64,000 nt of DNA from a virus (IMGVR_UViG_3300025701_000007:1-64000), one strand, 5' to 3'; positions 9,701-18,970 are shown, counted from the stretch's first letter. Notes: a model not told the origin generated them from the letters alone. A program made the numbers and translations.

Positions 9701-11831
9701 AAATAATTATTCTACAGCAGGACCTCTAAGTATATCTAATACAGAAAACAACCCCAACGGCATAAGAATAAATACCTTCCCGTTTAATCCTATAATAGCA
9801 TACTCTTACGCTACCGATGATGACAAGAGTAAAACATACGAAGGTATAAGTGAAGTTACTGGTGATCCTTTATTATTTAGGACAATATTATTCGGCGACC
9901 AAAAAATTAGACCTTATAACCCATCAGCACTTGATGGTTTAGATGATCTGATAGATAAGTATGTGTATTTCGCGGACACCTCAAACTTAGGTTACTATGA
10001 TGTAAGTATAAACCCAAAAATTGGTAATAAAATAGTTATAACAGAATTAACTAAAAACTTTTTTAAGAATTTAAATATAGAATTAAATCTAGGTAATTTA
10101 CAGTTATTAATATCTTATTTAAGAGCTTACATAAATTACACACTAAAGTTTAGTCCTACTGAACTTAATAGATTATTCCCTAAAATAAATACTGGTTGGG
10201 ATTCTACAGATAGGGCAGCCAGTATTGCTGACAAATTAGGTGATAAGTTCAAACTAGAAGGTCTGGGTGACTACTTATATGTCGGTGGTAACGTTAATAG
10301 CCCACAAAAATCTATTTTCACTAACGGAAACATTAAGACAGCAGAAATAATAGATGGAGAGTTTACTGTTTTAGAATATGAAGCCGAATATATGGTTAAC
10401 GATTTAGAAGACCTTAATATGGTTGAAAAATTTAACGAATGGGTTAAGGATTTTAACAAAAGAACTGTAGATAGAACCATAGAGGTTATAGATAAATCAG
10501 TAGAAAGGTTAAGAGATGTCTCAAGTAATTATGATTCAGGTAGTGCAGATATAGGTAACGCTAAAAATGAGATTAGCTCAGAAGTAGATTCGGAGGTAAA
10601 ATCCAGTACCTACTACAGAATAAAAACCCTGTACGATAAAAACGTATCTTTTAAAAATATAGATTTAACCAGAACTACTTTACTAACTGAAGACTTAGCT
10701 AATGTAGATCCTAACGATGTATTAAACACACCTTTATTCTATAACTTCAATGTACAAAACTCCGACTTCTGTGACGAAGATTCTTCTGGGTCCTATAAAG
10801 AAGATAGGGTGGGTAAAGATAATGTACTTAAAGATTTATATAGTTACTCAAGTATTTTAGATAGAGGTAACAATGATTACGGTAGTAAAGTCCTGGTAGA
10901 TTTAATAGCTTTATCCGCATCTTTAGGTAAGGACATTAATAGTAATCAAGATGTTAAAAAAGCTACGGACAGGACTATGTGGAGTGTGTTATCGCAATTA
11001 GCCTCAGAACACGAATTTCTATTACTACCATTAACCTCTTATATAAACTTAAGTAGTAGCACCAGAAACGAACAATCTCCCTATGAGTTAGCTCACGACA
11101 TGTTCGGTGTTTTCAAAGAATTAACGATGTGGGACTCGAACCCCGCATTCGTATTCCAATTAGGATCTCTAACATCAGATATATCTGGTAAGGGTAAGAA
11201 AAAGAAAGGTTTTAACCAAGCATTCGACCCAAGTAATACATTTTGTTTGGATTTAGACCCTAATGAATTAGATGTTGACGGCAAAGCCAGGCTATTAAAC
11301 GAAGATACACCAGCTGATATAAAGAACTCAGAAATCACATCATTTATAGTAGACTTCGCTAACACTAACCAAAGTATGTTTAAGAACATACAAATATCAA
11401 CAGAAGAGTTCACAAATACAGAAGAGAGTATTAAAACAGTCGTATCTTTATCAGATAAAAATTCTGGGGTAGTACTATCCTCAGGTAAACTATTTAGCGC
11501 CATGGAAAGTAGATCATACTCCTGTACAGTAACTAGTTTAGGTAACGCTACAATACAACCTTTATCATATTTCTACCTAAGAAACGTACCATTATTTTAT
11601 GGTACCTACTGGATAACAAACGTTAGTCATAAAATAACGGGTAATAATATGGTAACAACATTTAAAGGTGTTAGACAACCAGTAGCTAAAAAACCCACAG
11701 CCAATAAAATAGTACTAAATAAATTATTGACTAGCGCGAAAAATAGATCACAACAAACAGGTTTTACTGATAGAAACGATAGGACGCCTATACAAAGTAG
11801 TGGTATAATTTACTCAGATAGAGGTATATAA
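6783..11831 (+). CDS. Baseplate hub-like protein with gp27/gpD-type C-terminal module
   Basis: C-terminal CTVTSLGNATIQP...FYGTYWITNVSHKITGNNMVTTFKG matches the G-x-Y-x-I-x-x-V-x-H hub pattern; TAATG stop/start overlap with the upstream gene. Confidence 0.6.
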   Translation: MSTLETFLKDRYLNLKHDDIDALIKSDDNGFAISIVEYTKNTLRNYTEGLNEECLLKNDQIYTWLDGTIKDYPVGTNFSKNLSAATPNHAIFAQATVEGLKRGNFEKSAQLLVSSLHTKSNPDDLSDRWVIDDLINTFKKSQGLVELPISTVLKIGALYDSYYYKEKDGPINFSTINGLSTKEGIDLLNSDDVLYKHYGTYGFSEKDLAIVTSPFIRPITPKSIDDKMLNGFENYSNTNITKNYRTSFYNFDNGRYESISNNISSHIPFSGYGVLNNYLNTMSKIFFKEGLDGGEVNASINDDKIPYHIIGNYNGRLKTIKTYNDQHINLMTSYNSYGVNVEFELEDIVEEFSALTSSITLDDDFIFTNKYSKEKIEFFLILSKIKVNYLNGTYTLPEVYNKMRDLCEINNLGAKENDEYELPDLVALLLYSMYPPDGPEPSEGLNRPNKKYKILSKYLVDENSFIGISTEEPSPNNQGLSLQKEIIKLEGNYVEIFRVVSKLLIEIWSKELVNDKTRKLNKLDKKGTFVLYPGAGGAIDLDTLFSKKRVDKRVNSKKSVKSGIRSLKKSNVVASTITENDLSTSGFISVEAKHYKLNGPSPWYDKTYINDILMYQNESFYTRYEEIVDAINRPSTELDKIKFFQRNPSEDDNDFSILDNTLDYLGKFEVEYFKPQSYPSNATTINYLDRYDDVHLIGNKIDIANSSFDNKLLVLNTPRLLWFEHPNNRPSIGGVEENRPSLGYVEENKFLKSDGVNFMRGLYDIKERVHNSFNMVGLESKEIEDLTNNTILHTGYYFNGSLKDFTFKDYPVGKGLYNSYQRIVNNPYDWSNPADIDTYSNDSVKAYDTYSAKSLIDIFDVDKLEDFRLLYKQFSGDDTSEYFTKTFNTFNFKSLVRHLNTVGYSDISENLTLNGRSFSRDEISALLCGYTGHFIEFGSRNGLSRLINTSLTIAQESKAKFVIDEFMNDKITVNNYSTAGPLSISNTENNPNGIRINTFPFNPIIAYSYATDDDKSKTYEGISEVTGDPLLFRTILFGDQKIRPYNPSALDGLDDLIDKYVYFADTSNLGYYDVSINPKIGNKIVITELTKNFFKNLNIELNLGNLQLLISYLRAYINYTLKFSPTELNRLFPKINTGWDSTDRAASIADKLGDKFKLEGLGDYLYVGGNVNSPQKSIFTNGNIKTAEIIDGEFTVLEYEAEYMVNDLEDLNMVEKFNEWVKDFNKRTVDRTIEVIDKSVERLRDVSSNYDSGSADIGNAKNEISSEVDSEVKSSTYYRIKTLYDKNVSFKNIDLTRTTLLTEDLANVDPNDVLNTPLFYNFNVQNSDFCDEDSSGSYKEDRVGKDNVLKDLYSYSSILDRGNNDYGSKVLVDLIALSASLGKDINSNQDVKKATDRTMWSVLSQLASEHEFLLLPLTSYINLSSSTRNEQSPYELAHDMFGVFKELTMWDSNPAFVFQLGSLTSDISGKGKKKKGFNQAFDPSNTFCLDLDPNELDVDGKARLLNEDTPADIKNSEITSFIVDFANTNQSMFKNIQISTEEFTNTEESIKTVVSLSDKNSGVVLSSGKLFSAMESRSYSCTVTSLGNATIQPLSYFYLRNVPLFYGTYWITNVSHKITGNNMVTTFKGVRQPVAKKPTANKIVLNKLLTSAKNRSQQTGFTDRNDRTPIQSSGIIYSDRGI
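8964..9023 (+). repeat. In-frame 30-bp tandem duplication (NRPSIGGVEE / NRPSLGYVEE)
   Basis: aacagaccatcaataggtggtgttgaagaa followed by aacagaccatcactaggttatgttgaagaa, 27/30 identical. Confidence 0.9.
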
Positions 11832-11843
11832 AATATATATAAA

Positions 11844-14453
11844 ATGGCAGAAGAAACAAAAGACCCTTTCGGTACCATATACCAGGGAGTTGATACAGAG
11901 ATAAATCCAGACCAAGAAGGTAAATACGTAACGTATAGAGGTAGTTGGATTATAACGGCATACATTAATTTAATGATAGGTCTTGATCATAGTGATACAC
12001 TTAAAATAAAAACATTAATATCGTATCTACATAATAATGCTTGCGCTTTAAATAACGTAAGCGGATGGGACCTACAAAAATCGGCACCATATTTTATAGA
12101 TGTTGTTACAATAGATTTATATAAAAAACTAGGTTACGGTGAAGCCAGTTCTGGAGAAAAATTATTACCATTAAATGAGTTAATAGACGGGTATTACATA
12201 CCCAGCTGTAAAGCAGAAGAGATGCTTTTAGAATCGTACAGAGTAGGTAGCGAACCAGATGAATTAATAAAATATTTAACACCGACAGAAGAAGAATTCT
12301 ACAGACCTAAAACAACACTTTTTACTGACCAAACAGGTAATAATCTACCAGCTAAAGATGCGTCCACACCTAAAATATCTTTTCCTGGTGAATTGAGCGT
12401 TACTTATGAGGAGTATAAAAATGAGTTCACTAAAACTAATATGTTTGTTAGTGATAAAACACCCAACGATTCTAGATTTGGTCAACTACTTACTATACAC
12501 TCATTAACAAACAAGTGGTTTGCTCAGCAATCGAGTGGTTTAGATACAATAAAAACACCCGAAAAGTTAGACGGTAAAGTTATAGACAACAAAGTATACG
12601 AAGGACCATTTATACCATTTGGTGATCAGGGTGATACTAGACTAGCTACCTTCCAAGAAGCCTTAACCTCTGGGGTAGCAACATTTACAGCACTCCAAAA
12701 AACAGAATTATCTGTAAGCGAGGAGGTTACAATTAAAGTTGTTTTTGACAGAGAAGTCCTAGTAGATGATAATTTAGTTATAACCGCTAAGACACAATTT
12801 ATTACCCCCATCAATAAGATTCAGATTATAAACAGTGTTACTAAAAAATCGAGTTTATATATCAAGATACAAAATAACACTAGCACGGTACTTAAAATTA
12901 GTGATATAAAGGTTACTTCGGTAACAGAGGGTTTTTTGGAAGTAAATCCCATAACTACTGAAATAGATAATACCTATGTAGCACCAATAAACTATACTAT
13001 ACCGAATGAAACGGAAAATTATACTATACCCACCGAAACAGAGAACTCTAATTATAACCCTCCAGTAAACAACACGATAGAAAGTAGTGTACCACCAGAA
13101 CCCAGCATCATAGGTCATCCAGAAGGTACTAGCTTCGATTTAAGTTTAGCTAGATCAAAAAATCTAACTCTTAATGGTACTAAACACACGATAACATCTT
13201 TAGGTGGTATAGGTAAAACCAGTACACATGCATTTTATTATATGCTACCTACAGATCAAATAACTGGTAGTACACTTCAAATAAGTTCTCATGGTTTTAT
13301 ATCAGAAGAAAACTATGGTAAAGATAACGGTAAACCAGAAGAGGATACATTATATGATTGGACCGTAAGAAATGAAAGTGGTCAAAATGACCTTAAAAAC
13401 ATATATATACCACCTGCAAGAACTCAGAACTTATCATCTTCTGGTGAAATAAGTATGGGTAGAAGTATGTCTATACCCGTTAGGGCTGGTGAGCAAATAG
13501 GTGAAGTTGGTAACACTGGAGTTAGTACTGGACCTCATTTACATTTTGAACTATCCAACCAAAGCGCCGATACTTACGGTAAAGCGGTTAATTTAGACAC
13601 AGTTGACCCAGAACCCTATTTTGATAACGGAAAAGGTGATGGGTTCGTAAACCCTCTCCCAGCAAAAAATATGAATGTGACCAATGGATTTGGTCCCAGA
13701 AATTTAAGTAATAAAGATGCTTCAAAACAACATGAAGGAGTAGATTTAGGTGCACCTATAGGGACACCAATATTTGCCGTTTATGATGGGGTAATAACAA
13801 CAAGAACCGTAGGTAAGGGTTACGGAAATGTTACTGTAGTAAAACACAATAACGGAAAAACCACGGTATACGGACACCTAAGTGCTTTCACTGCTGTTGA
13901 ATCAGAGTGGTATGATAATAAATCGGAAACAGAATCATCCTCTAACGTTGTTTATAGAACAGGAGAAAGAATTAGTAACTCTGAGGAGGTTAAAAAAGGT
14001 GCTGGAATAGCGAATAAGTTAATGATTGACCTAGGGTTAACAAACTTTCAAGCGGCAGGTATAGTCGGTAATATAAGAGCAGAAAGTTCTATAACACCTA
14101 ACAGAATACAAGGTAGCGGTTTCCGTGTTGGTAAATTAACTATAAACGGTAAGACTGGTTATGGTTACGCCCAATGGACATCTAAAGGTAGACAAGAAAA
14201 CTTAGCTAACTTTGCTAAAACCAAAGGGGTTGATTATAAAAATTCGGAATTAACTGATGACATAAACTACGGGTTCTTAAAAGAAGAATTAAATGGTCGA
14301 TACAATAACGCTCTTAAAAACTTGAAAGCTACTACCGACGTAAGGCAAGCCACTGATACTATATTAAAACAATACGAAAAACCAGCGGATAAGAGTGAAA
14401 CCGCTTTAGACAAGAGAACTAATTACGCTAAAGAGGTTATGGATGCGATGTAG
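11844..14453 (+). CDS. Tail-associated peptidoglycan hydrolase: circularly permuted M23 peptidase plus phage tail lysozyme domain
   Basis: M23 motifs GNTGVSTGPHLHFE, HEGVD and YGHL are present. C-terminal QAAGIVGNIRAES...GYGYAQWT...YEKPA matches the Phage_lysozyme2-type domain. Follows the hub genes. Confidence 0.85.
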   Translation: MAEETKDPFGTIYQGVDTEINPDQEGKYVTYRGSWIITAYINLMIGLDHSDTLKIKTLISYLHNNACALNNVSGWDLQKSAPYFIDVVTIDLYKKLGYGEASSGEKLLPLNELIDGYYIPSCKAEEMLLESYRVGSEPDELIKYLTPTEEEFYRPKTTLFTDQTGNNLPAKDASTPKISFPGELSVTYEEYKNEFTKTNMFVSDKTPNDSRFGQLLTIHSLTNKWFAQQSSGLDTIKTPEKLDGKVIDNKVYEGPFIPFGDQGDTRLATFQEALTSGVATFTALQKTELSVSEEVTIKVVFDREVLVDDNLVITAKTQFITPINKIQIINSVTKKSSLYIKIQNNTSTVLKISDIKVTSVTEGFLEVNPITTEIDNTYVAPINYTIPNETENYTIPTETENSNYNPPVNNTIESSVPPEPSIIGHPEGTSFDLSLARSKNLTLNGTKHTITSLGGIGKTSTHAFYYMLPTDQITGSTLQISSHGFISEENYGKDNGKPEEDTLYDWTVRNESGQNDLKNIYIPPARTQNLSSSGEISMGRSMSIPVRAGEQIGEVGNTGVSTGPHLHFELSNQSADTYGKAVNLDTVDPEPYFDNGKGDGFVNPLPAKNMNVTNGFGPRNLSNKDASKQHEGVDLGAPIGTPIFAVYDGVITTRTVGKGYGNVTVVKHNNGKTTVYGHLSAFTAVESEWYDNKSETESSSNVVYRTGERISNSEEVKKGAGIANKLMIDLGLTNFQAAGIVGNIRAESSITPNRIQGSGFRVGKLTINGKTGYGYAQWTSKGRQENLANFAKTKGVDYKNSELTDDINYGFLKEELNGRYNNALKNLKATTDVRQATDTILKQYEKPADKSETALDKRTNYAKEVMDAM

Positions 14454-14503
14454 GGTATTTCTCTATAATTCATAAACCTATAAACTTTTAATAAAAAATT
14501 AAG

Positions 14504-14511
14504 TATTTATA
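14504..14511 (+). promoter_or_regulatory. Putative late promoter TATTTATA
   Basis: Intergenic, 14 nt before the ATG at 14526; the same octamer recurs before several other structural operons. Confidence 0.6.
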
Positions 14512-14525
14512 ATAAAATAGCTAAT

Positions 14526-14747
14526 ATGAACAACATTAACAACGGTTTAGATAAATTTTTAGGTAAACAGAATAACGCACAACTAGGTGAGGAAGTTTGT
14601 GACCTAAATGGGGTTTGTTACATTAAAACAAAAGATGGTTTAATAGAAAAGACCTTGATAGAAAAAAAATTAGTATTAGAGGATGGTAGGGAACTACTTA
14701 GAGAAGAAACTCCTATAAGTAACTCAAATAAAAGATTTTTAAGATGA
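14526..14747 (+). CDS. Small hypothetical protein (C-x4-C)
   Basis: 73 aa ORF directly after the TATTTATA motif; ATGA overlap with the next gene. Confidence 0.7.
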   Translation: MNNINNGLDKFLGKQNNAQLGEEVCDLNGVCYIKTKDGLIEKTLIEKKLVLEDGRELLREETPISNSNKRFLR

Positions 14748-15451
14748 ACATAAATAAGAAAAATATATTATCAGAAGAAATTTCTAGGTTTAACGATATA
14801 CTATCATATACCTTAGAAGAAGGTAATCACTATAAATTCTATGAAGCTGAAGAAAACGAAGTGGTTGAAGAACCAGAAGAATCAGCTGAAGAGGAATTGG
14901 TTGATGATACTGAATTAGATACAGAACCAGCTGAAGAAGAGTTAGTGGACGATGCTGAAGGTTTAGAAGAACCAGAAGGTGATGTTGAAGCTACCACCAA
15001 TGATGAGGGTGATATAGAGATAGATGTTACTGAATTAGTTAACTCAACCAAAGAGATGAACACTAAGACAGATGACGTTGTTAGTAAGATAACAGATACA
15101 GCATCTAAAATAGAATCTATGATATCCAGAGTTGATGGAGTCGAGAAGAGCTTGAATAAGATGGATTCATTAATCCAACAAATGCAGAGTTTAACTAAAC
15201 AAGTTGAATTAATGAGACCTCATACAGAAGAAGAAAGAAGAAAAGTTTTAGCAAAAGACTCTTACCCTTTTAGCGTCACTCAAGATGAGTACCTAGAAAA
15301 TATGGGGCCAAAAACTCAAACCGATCTAGAAGGTAGACCAGATAAATTATCTATGATGGATAATTTAGTTAACGACTATAATGAGGTTGATATTAAACAC
15401 AGCTTCTATAACGTTGAAGATAAAGAAGAAAGAAAGATAAGTAATTATTGA
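14744..15451 (+). CDS. Acidic coiled-coil protein, putative prohead core/internal head protein
   Basis: N-terminal LSEEISRFNDILSY helix shared with 60646..63096, a Glu-rich linker and a heptad coiled coil; function inferred. Confidence 0.45.
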   Translation: MNINKKNILSEEISRFNDILSYTLEEGNHYKFYEAEENEVVEEPEESAEEELVDDTELDTEPAEEELVDDAEGLEEPEGDVEATTNDEGDIEIDVTELVNSTKEMNTKTDDVVSKITDTASKIESMISRVDGVEKSLNKMDSLIQQMQSLTKQVELMRPHTEEERRKVLAKDSYPFSVTQDEYLENMGPKTQTDLEGRPDKLSMMDNLVNDYNEVDIKHSFYNVEDKEERKISNY

Positions 15452-15452
15452 T

Positions 15453-15755
15453 ATGAGAAATAACGGAATACAACAGGAAATAGTAACTGAATACATAACA
15501 ACTGGCGATGCGGCCTTAGTGGAAGTGGATAACTCAGAGTATAATATAAGATACTTCTCTATACTACCTTGTGGCCATATCAACGATACGGTAACGGTTA
15601 CGTTAAACGGTATGAGTGATATCGTACTATCAATGATTGGTAAAACAGAATTACCTATAAAATCTATAGAAGTTACATCCGTACAGGATGGTGGTGCTGG
15701 TGTTAAAAAAGGTTTGATGGTATATGGACTAAAAGTTTATAAGACCATCTTTTAA
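15453..15755 (+). CDS. Hypothetical protein
   Basis: 100 aa ORF tightly packed in the operon and followed by a terminator. Confidence 0.7.
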   Translation: MRNNGIQQEIVTEYITTGDAALVEVDNSEYNIRYFSILPCGHINDTVTVTLNGMSDIVLSMIGKTELPIKSIEVTSVQDGGAGVKKGLMVYGLKVYKTIF

Positions 15756-15776
15756 ACTAAAGAAATTAAGACTTAG

Positions 15777-15804
15777 AAACCTCTGTATACGCAGGGGTTT
15801 TTTT
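15777..15804 (+). terminator. Intrinsic terminator
   Basis: aaacctctgt-atac-gcaggggttt stem with GU pairs, followed by a T-run. Confidence 0.8.
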
Positions 15805-15831
15805 ATTTTTATTCATTTTTTATTACACTTG

Positions 15832-15863
15832 CTTGTTTATAGATATTTTTTTTACTAGGTTTG
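15832..15863 (+). promoter_or_regulatory. Bacteroidota-type -33/-7 promoter upstream of ssb
   Basis: CTTG (15832-35), N20, TAGGTTTG (15856-63); matches the TTTG-N19-21-TAnnTTTG consensus. Confidence 0.7.
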
Positions 15864-15888
15864 TACTATAATTTTAAAAAATATAAAT

Positions 15889-16842
15889 ATGATTGATTAC
15901 AAAAAGATTGATTGGAGCAAGGCCGCAACAGACACTCTGGCCGATTACGAACAAGCAAAGGCAAAAGCAGCCACAAACTCACAAAAGCGCACTGGCGTTG
16001 ATTTAACTAAGTATTTCAATATAATGCTTAAAGATGGTGAAAACCAAGGAGAAAAGTCTATTAGGATTCTACCTAACCAAGACGATCCAACTAAATGGTA
16101 TAAAGTTGGTTATTTCCACAACGTAAAAATTGGTAGTAGATATACTAAACTATACGATCCAGCTCAAGACAACGAACCTTCACCGTTAAACGAGGCTTAC
16201 AAATACCTTATGAATACTGGTGATAGTGACGACAGAAAAACAGCTAACAGCTATAGATCTAGACAATACTTTATTGTACGTTGTATTGAAAGAGGTAAAG
16301 AACATGAAGGTGTTAAATTCTGGAGATTCCCAGCAGTACAAGACGGTTCAGGTATCATGGATAAAATCGCACCACTAGTTAAAAAATACGGAGCTTTCTG
16401 GAATCCATTCGAGGGTTATGATCTTACTATCTCTATCATTAGAGACAAGTCTGGACCTAACAAAGCTGGTTACAGTAAAGCGGCTTCTATTATTCCAGAC
16501 AGAGAATCTAAATTGTTTGAAGATGAAAATCAAGCAATTCAAACGCTAGAAGACCCTATGGTATGGACTGATGTGTTCAGAAAAAAACCACAAGACTACT
16601 TATTATTGGTTGCTGAAGGTTTAGAACCTATGTGGGATGCTGAGGCTAAGAAATTCGTTGGCAAAGTTGAAGATGGTATTACTACTTATAGTAATGAAAA
16701 ACCAGCAGAAAGAACTAATTACGAAACTCCGACACAGAGTAATACGGCTAGTGAGACAACAACTACATCTGAAGATACTGCTACAGCTCCACAACAACCA
16801 GAAGCTACGACAGAACTAAAGATTGACGACTTACCTTTTTAA
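15889..16842 (+). CDS. ssb: T4 gp32-like single-stranded DNA-binding protein
   Basis: IRILP, RCIERGKEHEGVKFWRF and FWNPFEGYDLTI resemble gp32-family motifs; acidic/Thr-rich tail ending DDLPF; precedes recA. Confidence 0.8.
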   Translation: MIDYKKIDWSKAATDTLADYEQAKAKAATNSQKRTGVDLTKYFNIMLKDGENQGEKSIRILPNQDDPTKWYKVGYFHNVKIGSRYTKLYDPAQDNEPSPLNEAYKYLMNTGDSDDRKTANSYRSRQYFIVRCIERGKEHEGVKFWRFPAVQDGSGIMDKIAPLVKKYGAFWNPFEGYDLTISIIRDKSGPNKAGYSKAASIIPDRESKLFEDENQAIQTLEDPMVWTDVFRKKPQDYLLLVAEGLEPMWDAEAKKFVGKVEDGITTYSNEKPAERTNYETPTQSNTASETTTTSEDTATAPQQPEATTELKIDDLPF

Positions 16843-16859
16843 TAGGTTATAATATATAT

Positions 16860-16912
16860 TGTGTGAGTGTTATATAGTTTATTATAACTTATACACTCAC
16901 ACATTTTTTTTT
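16860..16912 (+). terminator. Long hairpin plus T9 between ssb and recA
   Basis: tgtgtgagtgt (16860-70) pairs perfectly with acactcacaca (16893-903); T-run at 16904-12. Confidence 0.7.
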
Positions 16913-16934
16913 AATTAAATAAATAAATAAAAAC

Positions 16935-17924
16935 ATGGCAGTAAAAAAAAAGGAATTCTCATTTGACGATATTAAGAAGAAATATAGTTCGTCGACAAAT
17001 TATAAACCAGACGTATTCTTAAATTGTGGACCAACATTTTTAGAAATGACTGGTGTACCTGGACCAGCCACTGGACACATAAATATGTTCCTAGGTCATT
17101 CAGATACTGGTAAAACCACAGCTCTAATTCTAGCAGCTATAGATGCTCAAAAGAAAGGTGCTGTACCAGTATTCTTAATTACAGAAAAGAAATGGGATTT
17201 TAATCACGCTAAACTAATGGGTTTAGATTGTGAACAAGATCCAGAGACTGGTGAATGGGGTGGTAGATTCTTCTATAGAGATGATTTTTTCTATGTAGAA
17301 CAAATAACGGACTACATGAATAAGTTATTAGACGACCAAGCTAAAGGTGAACTACCTTTTGACTTAGTTTTCTTCTGGGATTCAGTAGGTTCTGTACCTT
17401 GTCAGATGACATTCGAAGGGAAAGGCGGTAAACAACACACAGCTGGAGTATTAGCAGATAAAATCGGTATGGGTTTAAACCAAAGGATTAATAGTACAAG
17501 GAAAGAAACTTCTGAATATACTAATACTTTGGTAATTATAAACCAACCATGGGTAGAGAGACCCGATAACCCATTTGGTCAACCCAGAATAAAAGCTAAG
17601 GGTGGTGAAGCGGTATGGTTAAACTCTACCATAATATTCTTATTCGGTAATCAGAAAAACGCTGGTACTAGTAAAATAGATGCTACTAAGAACGGTCGTA
17701 AGGTTAGGTTCGCTACTAGAACCAAAATAGGTGTAACTAAGAATCACGTAAACGGGTTAGGTTATAGTGATGGTAAAATAATCGCCACACCTCATGGCTT
17801 CATTATGGATTCAAAAGACGCTATTGCTGAGTATAAGAAAGAATATTCCGAATACTGGGTTAATACATTAGGTTCTGATGATTATGATATTCACATTAAT
17901 GAACCTGAGGAAGATGAAGATTAA
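16935..17924 (+). CDS. uvsX: RecA/UvsX-like recombinase
   Basis: Walker A GHSDTGKTT, Walker B-like VFFWDSVGS, IINQ and KGGEA motifs. Confidence 0.9.
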   Translation: MAVKKKEFSFDDIKKKYSSSTNYKPDVFLNCGPTFLEMTGVPGPATGHINMFLGHSDTGKTTALILAAIDAQKKGAVPVFLITEKKWDFNHAKLMGLDCEQDPETGEWGGRFFYRDDFFYVEQITDYMNKLLDDQAKGELPFDLVFFWDSVGSVPCQMTFEGKGGKQHTAGVLADKIGMGLNQRINSTRKETSEYTNTLVIINQPWVERPDNPFGQPRIKAKGGEAVWLNSTIIFLFGNQKNAGTSKIDATKNGRKVRFATRTKIGVTKNHVNGLGYSDGKIIATPHGFIMDSKDAIAEYKKEYSEYWVNTLGSDDYDIHINEPEEDED

Positions 17925-18966
17925 TAAACCAGTTAGAAACAGACGTACCACCATCAATTCATTACTTATTGATGGTGAGTACTTATTAAAACAAGGATTT
18001 CACGGGGCTAAACACACTCAAGGTAAACACGGTAGTGTTGGTGCTATATATCATTTCATAAATACCATAAAAAGGTTTTACCAAGACTACGCTATAACTA
18101 AAGTAGTCGTATTCTGGGAAGGTGAGAATTCTAAAGATTATAGAAAAGGTTTCTACCCTTACTATAAGATGAATAGAAATGATAAATACGATGATGGTGA
18201 AAGACATGACCTAGACAGACAGAGGATAAGGATAAAACAATACTTAGAAGAGTTATCTATACGACAAGTAGAAGTTAGTGGTTGTGAAGCTGATGATGGG
18301 ATAGCTTATTATTCAATGAACTCCCCTAACGAAGATAAAGTCATATACACTAATGATAGAGATTTACTACAACTACTTGACGACAAAACAAAGGTTCAGT
18401 TAACCATAAGCAAAGCTAGAGTTATGATAAATAAGGATAATTTTAAGTCTTATTTTGACTACCACCACACTAATGTGGGTATCATAAAAATGATTGCTGG
18501 TGATTCTAGTGATAATATATCTGGTGTTAAAAATATTGGTGAAAAAAAGGTATTAAAGTACTTTCCAGAGATAAAAAACAGAACTGTTGATTACGATTGG
18601 GTCATTAATAGAACAAAAGAGTTATTAGTCGAAAAACCTAACGACAATGGTTTAAAGGCTATTTTAAATGGTGAGACTAAATGGGGTACTTATGGGAATG
18701 ATTATTTTTCGGTTATGAATAAGATTATAAACCTAAAAGAACCCAATATAACTGAAGAATTAAAATCATCGGTTAAAGAGATGGTTGATGAAACTTTATC
18801 ACCAGAAGGTAGAGGGGGTATAAAGAAAGTGATGGAAATGATGAAAGAAGATGAATTATTAAACTTTTTACCTAAAAATGATGACAATTTTTTTGTTTTC
18901 TGGTCTAGTTTTATTACTATTATAAAAAAGGAAGAAAATGCATACAACACAACAAAAAAAATCTAA
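17914..18966 (+). CDS. 5'-3' exonuclease / flap endonuclease (T4 RNase H, PolI 5' domain-like)
   Basis: LLIDG, YKMNR, EADD, NDRDLLQL and GDSSDNISGVKNIGEK motifs; start placed at the ATG at 17914 overlapping the recA end. Confidence 0.9.
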   Translation: MKINKPVRNRRTTINSLLIDGEYLLKQGFHGAKHTQGKHGSVGAIYHFINTIKRFYQDYAITKVVVFWEGENSKDYRKGFYPYYKMNRNDKYDDGERHDLDRQRIRIKQYLEELSIRQVEVSGCEADDGIAYYSMNSPNEDKVIYTNDRDLLQLLDDKTKVQLTISKARVMINKDNFKSYFDYHHTNVGIIKMIAGDSSDNISGVKNIGEKKVLKYFPEIKNRTVDYDWVINRTKELLVEKPNDNGLKAILNGETKWGTYGNDYFSVMNKIINLKEPNITEELKSSVKEMVDETLSPEGRGGIKKVMEMMKEDELLNFLPKNDDNFFVFWSSFITIIKKEENAYNTTKKI

Positions 18967-18970
18967 AAAA

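Noticed and set aside
14860-14980. AEEELVDD repeats and other Glu-rich repeats (also 52270-52425) as DNA repeat elements
   Set aside because: Low-complexity protein linkers with diverged codons; no evidence of a DNA-level function.
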